Positions 42,846-52,004 of a stretch of 64,000 bases of DNA are shown here, one piece after another. Below the pieces are notes generated by a model. That model saw nothing but the letters and a program-made list of their open reading frames with translations, did no database searches and had not been told where the DNA came from. The DNA is from Bacteroidota bacterium (GTDB lineage Bacteria > Bacteroidota > Bacteroidia > 2-12-FULL-35-15). The translations under genes and the position numbers were made by a program. Position 1 is the first letter of the stretch. Each line of letters starts with the position of its first letter. Location: the NCBI GenBank assembly GCA_947476185.1, contig CANJPX010000002.1, forward strand, positions 2,810 through 66,809. Direction: 5' to 3'.

Positions 42846-44111
42846 TTAATCCTGCAAATATGTTCTACCCTGCCGCCAAATATCAACTGCCATTCCCCAG
42901 TTTTGTTTATAAACCGCAGAACGTTCCAATGTATAATCGTTATCAGTAAAAGGATTATCCACTTTGGAAAATGAGTAACTAAGGGAGTTGATATTATTAT
43001 CTTCCCCATAGGTCCACGTTTCTGCAAATGCCGTCCGATAAATAACATTAGGAGCGCCATAAATTAAATAGATCATCCCTCTGTCCGTTTTCCATCCTTC
43101 AATATAAGATGTAAAAAATAAATTTGCGTCGGTCACCCTGTTATAATATTTGCGGATAACTTCTTTTGCCCTATCCTGATTTCCGGTACAATTCATCCAA
43201 AATTTTTCAACGGCAACCTTTGGATTTGAACTGGAACTTAACTCATCATATTCTTGTTTTGAAGTAATAAAACGTAGAGGAGGTACGAGGTCTTCCGCTT
43301 TTTTTATTTCAGGAAATGTTTCAGAAAAACTATACAATGTCAAACCAATTCGTTTGGAAGTATCTAATTGAAAATGGTAAAAGCCCTTTTTGGCAGCCGA
43401 GAAATTTGCTGTTCCATTTTTATCCAGTTGAAGTGTAAAGGTACTATCTGCCTTATATTGGAATGGCTTTGGTTCTGCAACAGAAAAGGGAGGAGCAGCT
43501 AATGGAAAAGCTCTGTTATAATACCTTACAAAAAGTGTAACAGCTATTTTCGCTTTATAACAAATCACCAATTCTTCTTTTGGTTTGAAATAACTATGAA
43601 AAAGGGGAGCATCATCAGATTTGGATTTTACAAGAAAATTCTGGCGGTTGAGATCATTATCTTTTTCAATTTCCAATACACTTGAAACGCTAATACTCCG
43701 ATTCAGATCTGTAATCTTTATTCTTACAAAATAACTCCTGGGAGAGAATGCTTTTAAATTCATTTTTCCGATCAAAAATTTATTCGCATTGTCATTATTG
43801 ATATCCACCAAGCGAACTGAAGAGCTGTCGAGCACATCTTTGGAATCGTAGGAACTTAGCAACCTAAATGAAATAATTACATTGGAAGAAAAATTAATTC
43901 CATCAGGCCGAGTATACAATAACTCCTTACTATTAATTTTATAATGCAATTCGGAAAGACTATCACTCACATGAAAAATTACAAATTCAGGGTGAATTGT
44001 ATTTACGTCATGTTTATAACTCGCTGCAGGTGTCTTATTCTCCAATTTGCGGGAAGTTCCACAAGCAAGAATGATAATACTAAAAAGAATATATAAATAT
44101 TTTTTTTTCAT
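42846..44111 (-). CDS. GWxTD-domain protein, exported/lipoprotein
   Basis: Signal peptide with Cys. GWKTDRGMIYLIYGAP motif. Confidence 0.7.
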   Translation of the reverse strand: MKKKYLYILFSIIILACGTSRKLENKTPAASYKHDVNTIHPEFVIFHVSDSLSELHYKINSKELLYTRPDGINFSSNVIISFRLLSSYDSKDVLDSSSVRLVDINNDNANKFLIGKMNLKAFSPRSYFVRIKITDLNRSISVSSVLEIEKDNDLNRQNFLVKSKSDDAPLFHSYFKPKEELVICYKAKIAVTLFVRYYNRAFPLAAPPFSVAEPKPFQYKADSTFTLQLDKNGTANFSAAKKGFYHFQLDTSKRIGLTLYSFSETFPEIKKAEDLVPPLRFITSKQEYDELSSSSNPKVAVEKFWMNCTGNQDRAKEVIRKYYNRVTDANLFFTSYIEGWKTDRGMIYLIYGAPNVIYRTAFAETWTYGEDNNINSLSYSFSKVDNPFTDNDYTLERSAVYKQNWGMAVDIWRQGRTYLQD

Positions 44112-45475
44112 TATACTTCTGCGCCTTCAGTTAATTGAGAAGGCTCATCATTTTCAATAAATTTTGGTGAAATTTGTTTCGTCGTTTTTGCACCTAATTT
44201 TTCAATATCATTAGCGCGTTTCACCAAATTGCCACTTCCCTTATGCAATTTATTTATGGCACTATCATATGCCACATGAGAGGCATCGATGCTCTTTCCG
44301 ATCTTTTCCATGTCCTCAACAAATCCAACAAATTTATCGAATAAAGCTCCACTTTGTTTTGCAATCTCTATCGCGTTCTTGGTCTGACGCTCCTGTTTCC
44401 AGACAGATGAAATTGTTCGCAACGTTGCCAACAAAGTAGATGGACTAACAATCACTATTTTTTTATCCCAGGCGAAATTAAATAATTCCTGATCGGCCTG
44501 AACAGCCACACTGAAAGAAGACTCGATCGGAATGAACAGTAAAACAAAATCAGGTGTATTAAAGTCGGAAGAAGTTGAATAATTTTTTTCGCTCAATGAT
44601 TTGACATGTGTTCGAACAGAAAGTAAATGATCCTTAATCAAAATCGCTCGTTCGTCATCGGAGCCCGAGTTTACCAATGCTTCGTATGCCACTAACGAAA
44701 CTTTCGCATCAACAATGATATGTTTGTTATCAGGAAGCAGGATCACAGCATCCGGCTGAATGCGTTTTCCTTCATCATTATTTGTGCTGTACTGCAAACG
44801 ATATTCCCTGTCTTTCACTAAGCCGGAACGCTCCAACACTTTTTCCAAAATAAGCTCCCCCCAATTACCTTGTGTTTTATTTTCTCCTTTCAGCGCTTTT
44901 GTCAAATTGTTCGCTTCTTCACTAATTTGTTTGTTCAGATCGATCAAATTTTTTATTTCTGTTTTCAAAGTGATGCGCTCGTCCGACTCTGTCTTATAAG
45001 ATTTCTGAACCTGGTCTTCAAACCTTTTAATATTATCCTTTAATGGATTTAATATCACATCCATATTTATTTTGTTCTGTTCAGTAAATTTTTGCGATTT
45101 CTCATCCAGTATTTTATTGGCGATATTTTCGAACTCCGTAGAATATTTCTTGTGAACATTCTCGAGTTCTGATTTGAGAGTGTTAAATTTTTCTTCTTGC
45201 GACTTAAAAATTTCTTCTGCTCTTGCAATCCGTGTTTCGGCTTTTAAAACTTTTTCCTTTTCCGATGAGAATTCAAGATTCAATTGTTCTTTTTCAGAAA
45301 AAATGCGTTGTTTTTCTTTTTCAGAAAAAGACAGATCCTTTTCAAGTCCGAAAATTTTGGATTCCAACAAGGAGGTATCAGGAGTTCCATTTTGCTTTCC
45401 TTTCAAAAACAAATATGCAATTCCGAATCCTAAGACCAAGCCTATTATTAAAAATAAAATCTCCATAAATACCAA
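44111..45475 (-). CDS. rmuC: DNA recombination protein RmuC
   Basis: N-terminal TM, long coiled coil. PDAVILLPDNKHIIVDAKVSLVAYE nuclease-like core. 454 aa. Confidence 0.8.
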   Translation of the reverse strand: MVFMEILFLIIGLVLGFGIAYLFLKGKQNGTPDTSLLESKIFGLEKDLSFSEKEKQRIFSEKEQLNLEFSSEKEKVLKAETRIARAEEIFKSQEEKFNTLKSELENVHKKYSTEFENIANKILDEKSQKFTEQNKINMDVILNPLKDNIKRFEDQVQKSYKTESDERITLKTEIKNLIDLNKQISEEANNLTKALKGENKTQGNWGELILEKVLERSGLVKDREYRLQYSTNNDEGKRIQPDAVILLPDNKHIIVDAKVSLVAYEALVNSGSDDERAILIKDHLLSVRTHVKSLSEKNYSTSSDFNTPDFVLLFIPIESSFSVAVQADQELFNFAWDKKIVIVSPSTLLATLRTISSVWKQERQTKNAIEIAKQSGALFDKFVGFVEDMEKIGKSIDASHVAYDSAINKLHKGSGNLVKRANDIEKLGAKTTKQISPKFIENDEPSQLTEGAEV

Positions 45476-45542
45476 TCAGACATTGAGTGGCTAATTTAAG
45501 CATAAAAACGCTTGGTTGGGAGGAGAAATTTAACCTAAAAAA

Positions 45543-47375
45543 CTAGAAATAATTCACAATTCCAAAGTGTATTTTTCCGCTTCTCAACTCGATCGGATTG
45601 TTAAATTGTTTTCCTAAGGCGTAATTGATCGAAAAGATCCCTGCTTTTGTTTCAAAGCTAATTCCGGCTCCGAAACCATAAGGAGTGTCCTGAATATACT
45701 CCTTCGAATTATTATTTTCATACCAGGCACCATCGCCAAATAAATATAAATAGGAATTTTGCTCTAAAATATACCTGTATTCCAAGGTGAAAATGGAAAA
45801 AGAAGAAGCATAAATCGATTCTTCATCAAAGCCACGTAATGTTTTTAGTCCACCGATTCTGAACAATTCATTCTGAAAAGTAGTTTCCCCATAAATAAAT
45901 GCAGATTGAACAGCAACTTTCACAGTACTGCGATTGGCAATTGGCATAAACACGCTTCCCTCCAAATCCCCGGCGTAAATTGCGGAGCTAAGCTTTATAT
46001 TTTCATAAACGACGGGATTCAACTTTGCATTCTGTTTAATTTTTTTTGTCCCGGCACTGGCATTCATCAATATATTATGGCCTTTTCGGGGATTTAACCT
46101 GTAATCCAATTTTTCATATTTCAAACCCAATCCATACATATTAGTGCTCACATCAGCATTAGAAGGCAAGGTAGTAGCATACTCCAAACCTTTTGTAGAA
46201 AGCAAAGTGGAGGTTTTATTATTGTAAAATACCTTAATATAATTTCCTCCAATCAATAAATACTGAACACCGATATTTTGATTGACCTCCAAAAAAGTGG
46301 TATCCTTCTTATACAATTTAAAATTATAATCTAAGCCAAAAGGTGTTCGGAGCACAAATGGGTATACCAGTCTTACCTTCAGATCTTGCGTCTGTGATTG
46401 CAATCTGCGCCAATTCAGATCTATCAATTCTCCCCTGCCTAATCCGTTTTGAAGTTTTAGCCGAACATCACCCGTGAACAATATTTTGCCGGTCTTATTA
46501 TCAGGAAGAATACCAACAATACCATCAAACTGACTGGCTCGTCTGTTGTCGATGTATAAAATAAGTTTATTGAATTTGTCGGTGAAAGTAACGGATGGAG
46601 GTTTTGCAGACCGCAGGAATGGAAGTTCTGCAAGGCGGGTATTCACCTTTTTTAATTGAGACTCGTCATAAAGGCTGCCAGGTTTTATTCCTAAATAATT
46701 ATAGATATAAACAGGAGCAATTTTTGCACTTCCCTTGATAACAACACTATCTATTTTGATCTCCGAATTTTTCGTAAGTTTTAACTGAGCCGAAATGCTG
46801 CCCTCTGAAATATAAATACTATCAAGCTTAACAGAGGCGAAAGGGTAACCATTATTCTCATAATAAGTAATTAATTTTTCCTGAATACGTTTTACACTCG
46901 TATAATAGATCGGCTTATTATCATATAGTTTTTCACGGAATCCTATTTCACTCAAAACTCCTTCATCTACATTTCCCTTTTTCAGATTCGCCCATTTATA
47001 TTGCGTCCCGAAATTCAAATAGGTTTTTAATGAAAGTGAATCTTTTATGATACTATCAAAAGAAGCGACCAAGTAGGCATCATCATAACAAGCTAAAAGC
47101 ATCCTTTGAAGTTCTTTGTCTCTTTCGTTAACGGAAATAAATTGTTTTTTGTAAGGGATTTTATTTAGAAGCTCCGCATTGTTAACGGATTGAATTTCCA
47201 ATGAATAATATTTTTGTGCATTAACAGATAAAGAAGAAAAAATAATCAGCAGAAATACCAGACGAACAGTTTTCGTTTCGGGAATGAAAAAATATAAATT
47301 AAATTGAAAAAAATGCATGGTATAAAGGTAATCAATTAGAAGAAACGTAAAAAAAATCAAAAAATTAGCTGACAA
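45543..47375 (-). CDS. Omp85-family outer-membrane protein (BamA/TamA-like, POTRA plus beta-barrel)
   Basis: Signal peptide ...SVNAQ. C-terminal beta-barrel ending with an aromatic residue. Exact start uncertain. Confidence 0.6.
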   Translation of the reverse strand: MSANFLIFFTFLLIDYLYTMHFFQFNLYFFIPETKTVRLVFLLIIFSSLSVNAQKYYSLEIQSVNNAELLNKIPYKKQFISVNERDKELQRMLLACYDDAYLVASFDSIIKDSLSLKTYLNFGTQYKWANLKKGNVDEGVLSEIGFREKLYDNKPIYYTSVKRIQEKLITYYENNGYPFASVKLDSIYISEGSISAQLKLTKNSEIKIDSVVIKGSAKIAPVYIYNYLGIKPGSLYDESQLKKVNTRLAELPFLRSAKPPSVTFTDKFNKLILYIDNRRASQFDGIVGILPDNKTGKILFTGDVRLKLQNGLGRGELIDLNWRRLQSQTQDLKVRLVYPFVLRTPFGLDYNFKLYKKDTTFLEVNQNIGVQYLLIGGNYIKVFYNNKTSTLLSTKGLEYATTLPSNADVSTNMYGLGLKYEKLDYRLNPRKGHNILMNASAGTKKIKQNAKLNPVVYENIKLSSAIYAGDLEGSVFMPIANRSTVKVAVQSAFIYGETTFQNELFRIGGLKTLRGFDEESIYASSFSIFTLEYRYILEQNSYLYLFGDGAWYENNNSKEYIQDTPYGFGAGISFETKAGIFSINYALGKQFNNPIELRSGKIHFGIVNYF

Positions 47376-47507
47376 GTATTACTGATACTATAAAAGGCCT
47401 TTCATCCATCGTTTTTAAAGAATGGAAATAATTTTGAGATTACAATAAATGTATTAGTTTTGTTAAGAGTAAAATCGCAAATCCTTATTTTAAACATACT
47501 TATTCAA

Positions 47508-48383
47508 ATGAAAAGAATTATTAAGAACATTGCCGTTTTCATAGCTTCCGTTTCCTTGATTAGTTGTGGCGGATCGGGAAATACAGCAACAGAAACTTCT
47601 GCAGATTTGGCAGAAGTAAAAACCACCATGGATAGTTCCTCAAGTGTTATTTTTTATAACATTCCATCACCACTGGAAACATTCACGATTCTTAAAATGT
47701 CCGGATCTTCATTCGACAAAAAAGTACTTAACCCGACAGATAAGATTTCGAAATATGTATCCAGCTTTTCAAAAGCTGCGAACTTAGGAGCCTACTCCAC
47801 CGATCTGTCACTCTGCTTTTTGTATAAACAGAACCAGGATTTTAATGGTTACCTTAAAAACATTAATGACCTTACAAATGCTTTAGGAGTTGATGGAAGC
47901 TACGGACAACAAGTCAACAAAAGGCTTCAGACCAATAGCAATAATTTGGACTCCTTAATGGCAATTGTTTCTGAAGCAGGAATAAATGCCGATCAATATT
48001 TAAAAGAAAACCAACGAAATTCAACTGTCGCAACAATCGCGGCAGGAGGATGGGTTGAAGCCATGTATATCATTACTAATATTGCTGAAAAATCTCAGAA
48101 AAAAGATGTTATCGGTTTGGTTGGCGATCAAAAGATCGTGTTAAAAAACTTAACCAATATGCTCGAACAATTTGTATCCGATCCGGAAATTAAATCATTG
48201 CTAGTTGATATGAAAGATATTGCATCCGTCTACGATAATCTTCAGGAAAAGAAAGGCACGCCTATTACATCCGACAAAGACATTATCAGTGTCGGAAATA
48301 ACACATCTTATGAATTGTCGAAGGAACAATTAAATTCTATTCTCGAAAAGATAACGTTACTTAGAAATAAAATCTCTCTCTAA
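47508..48383 (+). CDS. hypothetical lipoprotein
   Basis: Internal Met start gives MKRIIKNIAVFIASVSLISCGG lipoprotein signal. No known domain. Confidence 0.5.
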   Translation: MKRIIKNIAVFIASVSLISCGGSGNTATETSADLAEVKTTMDSSSSVIFYNIPSPLETFTILKMSGSSFDKKVLNPTDKISKYVSSFSKAANLGAYSTDLSLCFLYKQNQDFNGYLKNINDLTNALGVDGSYGQQVNKRLQTNSNNLDSLMAIVSEAGINADQYLKENQRNSTVATIAAGGWVEAMYIITNIAEKSQKKDVIGLVGDQKIVLKNLTNMLEQFVSDPEIKSLLVDMKDIASVYDNLQEKKGTPITSDKDIISVGNNTSYELSKEQLNSILEKITLLRNKISL

Positions 48384-48395
48384 TATTTTTCAATT

Positions 48396-48851
48396 ATGAA
48401 ATTACAACTAAAAAACATTCTATCAATTGTCTCGTTGACACTTCTTTCATTTACGATTTCAACATCATCAGTTGCACAATGTAAATCTGCAGTAAAGGAG
48501 GGTATTAAAAAACTTGCCCCTTATACGCATAACGGACAGGTAAATAATGTAACGCTAATTCTTGGAGAACCTTCTGAGATACATTTATCGTTATACAAGG
48601 GACTGAATTATAAATTTCAGATCGGTTCTGAAAATGCACTTGGGAAAGTAACATTCAAAATTTGGGATGAGGATAAGAATGAAATATATAACAGCGCAAC
48701 TTCTGCTGATCCTGAATCATGGGTATTTTATTCAAACTCCACTCAAAATCTCATCATAGAGATCTATACAAAAGATAAAGAAAAGCAAGGTTGTGCATAC
48801 TTAATTGTTGGAATGCAACAACCTAAAAACAATTCAATAAAAAACCTATAA
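48396..48851 (+). CDS. hypothetical exported protein (151 aa)
   Basis: Signal peptide. Two Cys. No known domain. Confidence 0.5.
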   Translation: MKLQLKNILSIVSLTLLSFTISTSSVAQCKSAVKEGIKKLAPYTHNGQVNNVTLILGEPSEIHLSLYKGLNYKFQIGSENALGKVTFKIWDEDKNEIYNSATSADPESWVFYSNSTQNLIIEIYTKDKEKQGCAYLIVGMQQPKNNSIKNL

Positions 48852-48864
48852 ACGTATTCAAATT

Positions 48865-48903
48865 AAAATCCCGCTTCGTATTTACGGAGCGGGATTTTTT
48901 TAT
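48865..48903 (+). terminator. strong rho-independent terminator
   Basis: aaaatcccgcttcgtatttacggagcgggattttttt. Confidence 0.75.
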
Positions 48904-49052
48904 AAACATAATCTTAAGATGAGGTTTTGATTTTCTAACGGGCATTTCATCCTCCCTCTTGCCCCCTCCAAAGGGGGACATACTTCGAGTTTTATGAATT
49001 ATTGCAACCGTAGATTTGTCGTTTTATTTGTCACGAAAATATGTGAAATGTC

Positions 49053-49165
49053 GATTGTGTCTGTCACTCTGAGCTTGTCGAAGAGTTAACGAAAGCCTGC
49101 ACAAATGTTTCGATACTTCGACAAAAGCTCAGTACAGGCTAAACTCAACATGACAACACACAAAA
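49053..49165. repeat. MITE-like inverted-repeat element, copy 2 (inverse orientation, with 28-bp internal insertion)
   Basis: tgtcactctgagcttgtcgaag ... cttcgacaaaagctcag ... catgacaacacacaaaa. Reverse complement aligns with copy 1. Confidence 0.7.
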
Positions 49166-49214
49166 TTCTGCTTTGCAATCCTCACCCGAGCAAAGTCGAG
49201 AAGCGTTATCCGTG

Positions 49215-51659
49215 CTATCTTATTTCAGCCCCTACTTTTTCTTGGTAAGTCTTCATCAGCTTCTCCATGATCTTTTCAATTTGTTTATCAGTAAGTGTTG
49301 CATTTTCATCCTGCAAAATAAAACTCAAAGCATAAGACTTTTTACCTGTTGGTAATTTATCACCTTCATATACATCGAACAAATTGACATTTTTCAGCAT
49401 GCTCCTTTCAGACTGATAAGCCAATTGTTCCAACTGTTCAAACTTGATGGCCTTATCGATCAATAAAGCAAGATCTCTTCTTACTTCAGGAAATTTAGGA
49501 ACTTCAGAATACATAATCGATGTTTTCTTCATCGCTTCCAGGACAAGATCCCAATTAAAATCGGCATAATAAACAGGCATCTTAATGTCCATCAACTTTG
49601 ATGATACAGATTTTGCAACTTCACCAAACTCAACCAATAATTTTTTGTTCCAGCTGAAAGCCAATCCTTGCGAAAATATGTCTGAATTGATCTCCTCCAG
49701 CTTCACATCATTTATTCCTAAACGTTCCAAAATATTTTTTACCACACCTTTTAAAGTATAGAAATTCATTGTATTGTTTTGTGTATTCCAACTTTCATCC
49801 TGTTTACGACCAGTGATAAAAACTGACAAATGTTTTGACTCAACATATTTTGTTGCTTCACCTTTTATAGCGATATACGTTTTCCCGAATTCATATAATT
49901 TCAGATCTGCATTTTTACGATTTTGATTGTATGCTATCGTTTCCAATCCGCTAAACAAAAGTGTTTGACGCAACACATTCAAATCGCTGCTCAAAGGATT
50001 CATCATTGCAACACTTCTATCTTCGCTTAACGATTTTAATTTAGTTGCGTATTCACCTTTGGTCAACGACAAACACATCATTTCAGAAAAACCATTGTTC
50101 GTCAATAATTCAGCAACAACATTCTGGATTTTTTCTTTATCAGGTTTTTCCGCAAACGACAAGGAAGAATTTAATACGGTTGGAATCTCAACATTGTTGT
50201 ATCCATAAATACGTAACACTTCTTCAACCACATCTTGTTCGCGCTGAACATCAACCTTAAAAGGAGGCACAGACAATAACAACGCATCATTACCTTCGTG
50301 TTCAATTTCAATACCCAAAGAAGTGATAATAATTTTTACTAGCTCAAGATCTATTTTTTTACCAATTAATTGTTCACATTTTTCAAATGAAAATGGAACT
50401 TTGAAATTTTCTATTGGTGAAGGATATATATCGATGATCTCGGATGAAACTTTTCCTCCGGCAATTTCTTTTATCAATATTGCAGCTCTCTTCAGAGCGA
50501 AAACTGTAATATTTGGGTCTGCTCCTCTTTCATAACGAAAAGAAGCATCCGTTTTTAAACCATGTCGTTTTGATGATTTACGAACGGACGAGGAATTAAA
50601 ATAGGCGCTTTCTAAAAATATATTTTTTGTTTTTGCATTAACCCCGGATTCGATTCCTCCATATACACCGGCAATACACATTCCTCCTTCAGCATTGCAA
50701 ATCATCAAATCTTCTGAAGTTAATTCGCGCTCCGTTTCATCCAGTGTTTTGAATTTTGTTTTATCGGTAAGCTTTTTAACAATCACTTTATTACCCTTTA
50801 TCTTATCAGCATCAAATGCATGCATAGGTTGTCCTAATTCGTGCAATACATAATTTGTGGCATCCACAATATTATTAATAGGACGAATTCCGATTGCTTT
50901 TAAACGATTTTTCAACCATTCAGGTGAATCGGTAACTGTAATATCTGAAATAGAAAGTCCGGAATAACGCGGACATGCAATTGAGTCTTCCACAATAACT
51001 TCGATAGTTGAAGTGGTTTCGTCTACATTAAAAGTTCTTACTTCCGGTAGTTCCAAATTGTATTTTATAGTAGCTTCTCTCGCATTCAAAACGGCAACCA
51101 GATCACGAGCCACGCCTACATGAGAGGTTGCATCTGCACGATTGGGAGTTAATCCGATCTCTAAAACAAAATCTTCCTCAATTCTAAAATATTCATTTGC
51201 CGGAGTACCAATTATAGCAGAAGAATCCAACACCATTATTCCTGCATGAGAATTCCCTAATCCTATTTCATCTTCGGCACAGATCATTCCTTCAGAATTT
51301 TGTCCCCGTATCTTCGATTTTTTTATTTCGAAAGGCTCACCCGTTGACGGAAAAAGCATAGCGCCAATTGTTGCGACAACCACTTTTTGACCAACCTCAA
51401 CATTACTCGCACCACAAACAATGGTTAATAGAGCATCTGCCCCAATATTTACTGTTGTAATATTTAATCGGTCTGCGTCAGGATGTTTTTCTTTTGTGAT
51501 CACTTCGCCAACAACAATTCCCTTCAACCCGCCTTTAACTGTTTCAAATTTCTCGATACATTCAATCTCTAACCCACAATCAGTCAGCAAACTTCCCATC
51601 TCATCGGGCGACAAGTCTGTTTTAATATATTCCTTTAGCCAGTTATATGATATTTTCAT
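49215..51659 (-). CDS. pheT: phenylalanine--tRNA ligase beta subunit
   Basis: 814 aa. tRNA-binding, B3/B4, B5 and FDX-ACB domain order. Confidence 0.93.
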   Translation of the reverse strand: MKISYNWLKEYIKTDLSPDEMGSLLTDCGLEIECIEKFETVKGGLKGIVVGEVITKEKHPDADRLNITTVNIGADALLTIVCGASNVEVGQKVVVATIGAMLFPSTGEPFEIKKSKIRGQNSEGMICAEDEIGLGNSHAGIMVLDSSAIIGTPANEYFRIEEDFVLEIGLTPNRADATSHVGVARDLVAVLNAREATIKYNLELPEVRTFNVDETTSTIEVIVEDSIACPRYSGLSISDITVTDSPEWLKNRLKAIGIRPINNIVDATNYVLHELGQPMHAFDADKIKGNKVIVKKLTDKTKFKTLDETERELTSEDLMICNAEGGMCIAGVYGGIESGVNAKTKNIFLESAYFNSSSVRKSSKRHGLKTDASFRYERGADPNITVFALKRAAILIKEIAGGKVSSEIIDIYPSPIENFKVPFSFEKCEQLIGKKIDLELVKIIITSLGIEIEHEGNDALLLSVPPFKVDVQREQDVVEEVLRIYGYNNVEIPTVLNSSLSFAEKPDKEKIQNVVAELLTNNGFSEMMCLSLTKGEYATKLKSLSEDRSVAMMNPLSSDLNVLRQTLLFSGLETIAYNQNRKNADLKLYEFGKTYIAIKGEATKYVESKHLSVFITGRKQDESWNTQNNTMNFYTLKGVVKNILERLGINDVKLEEINSDIFSQGLAFSWNKKLLVEFGEVAKSVSSKLMDIKMPVYYADFNWDLVLEAMKKTSIMYSEVPKFPEVRRDLALLIDKAIKFEQLEQLAYQSERSMLKNVNLFDVYEGDKLPTGKKSYALSFILQDENATLTDKQIEKIMEKLMKTYQEKVGAEIR

Positions 51660-52004
51660 TTCCTAATAATTATGCGGTGAATAGGCACAAAAATAAGAAA
51701 TAAATCGTAGAAAAAGGCATCAATAGTGCTCATCAATGCTGGTGGGATTTTAAACACATAGATACATAGTTTTTTAAGTAAAAACAGCACCTTTTCTTGG
51801 CGAAAAACCTATTGTTATTTACATAGAAAAATAAATTTTTTTAAACATAGAAGAGCCTATTTCAATAAGACAAACCTCTAACCTGAAGCTTGCTTCAGAC
51901 TATCCAAACACAAAGAACCACTCCTGCTAAAACGATGTGTCTATGTGTTTAATTTTTCAAGAATAGGACTACAAAATTCCAATATTTACGTAGCTTTGTT
52001 CTCC

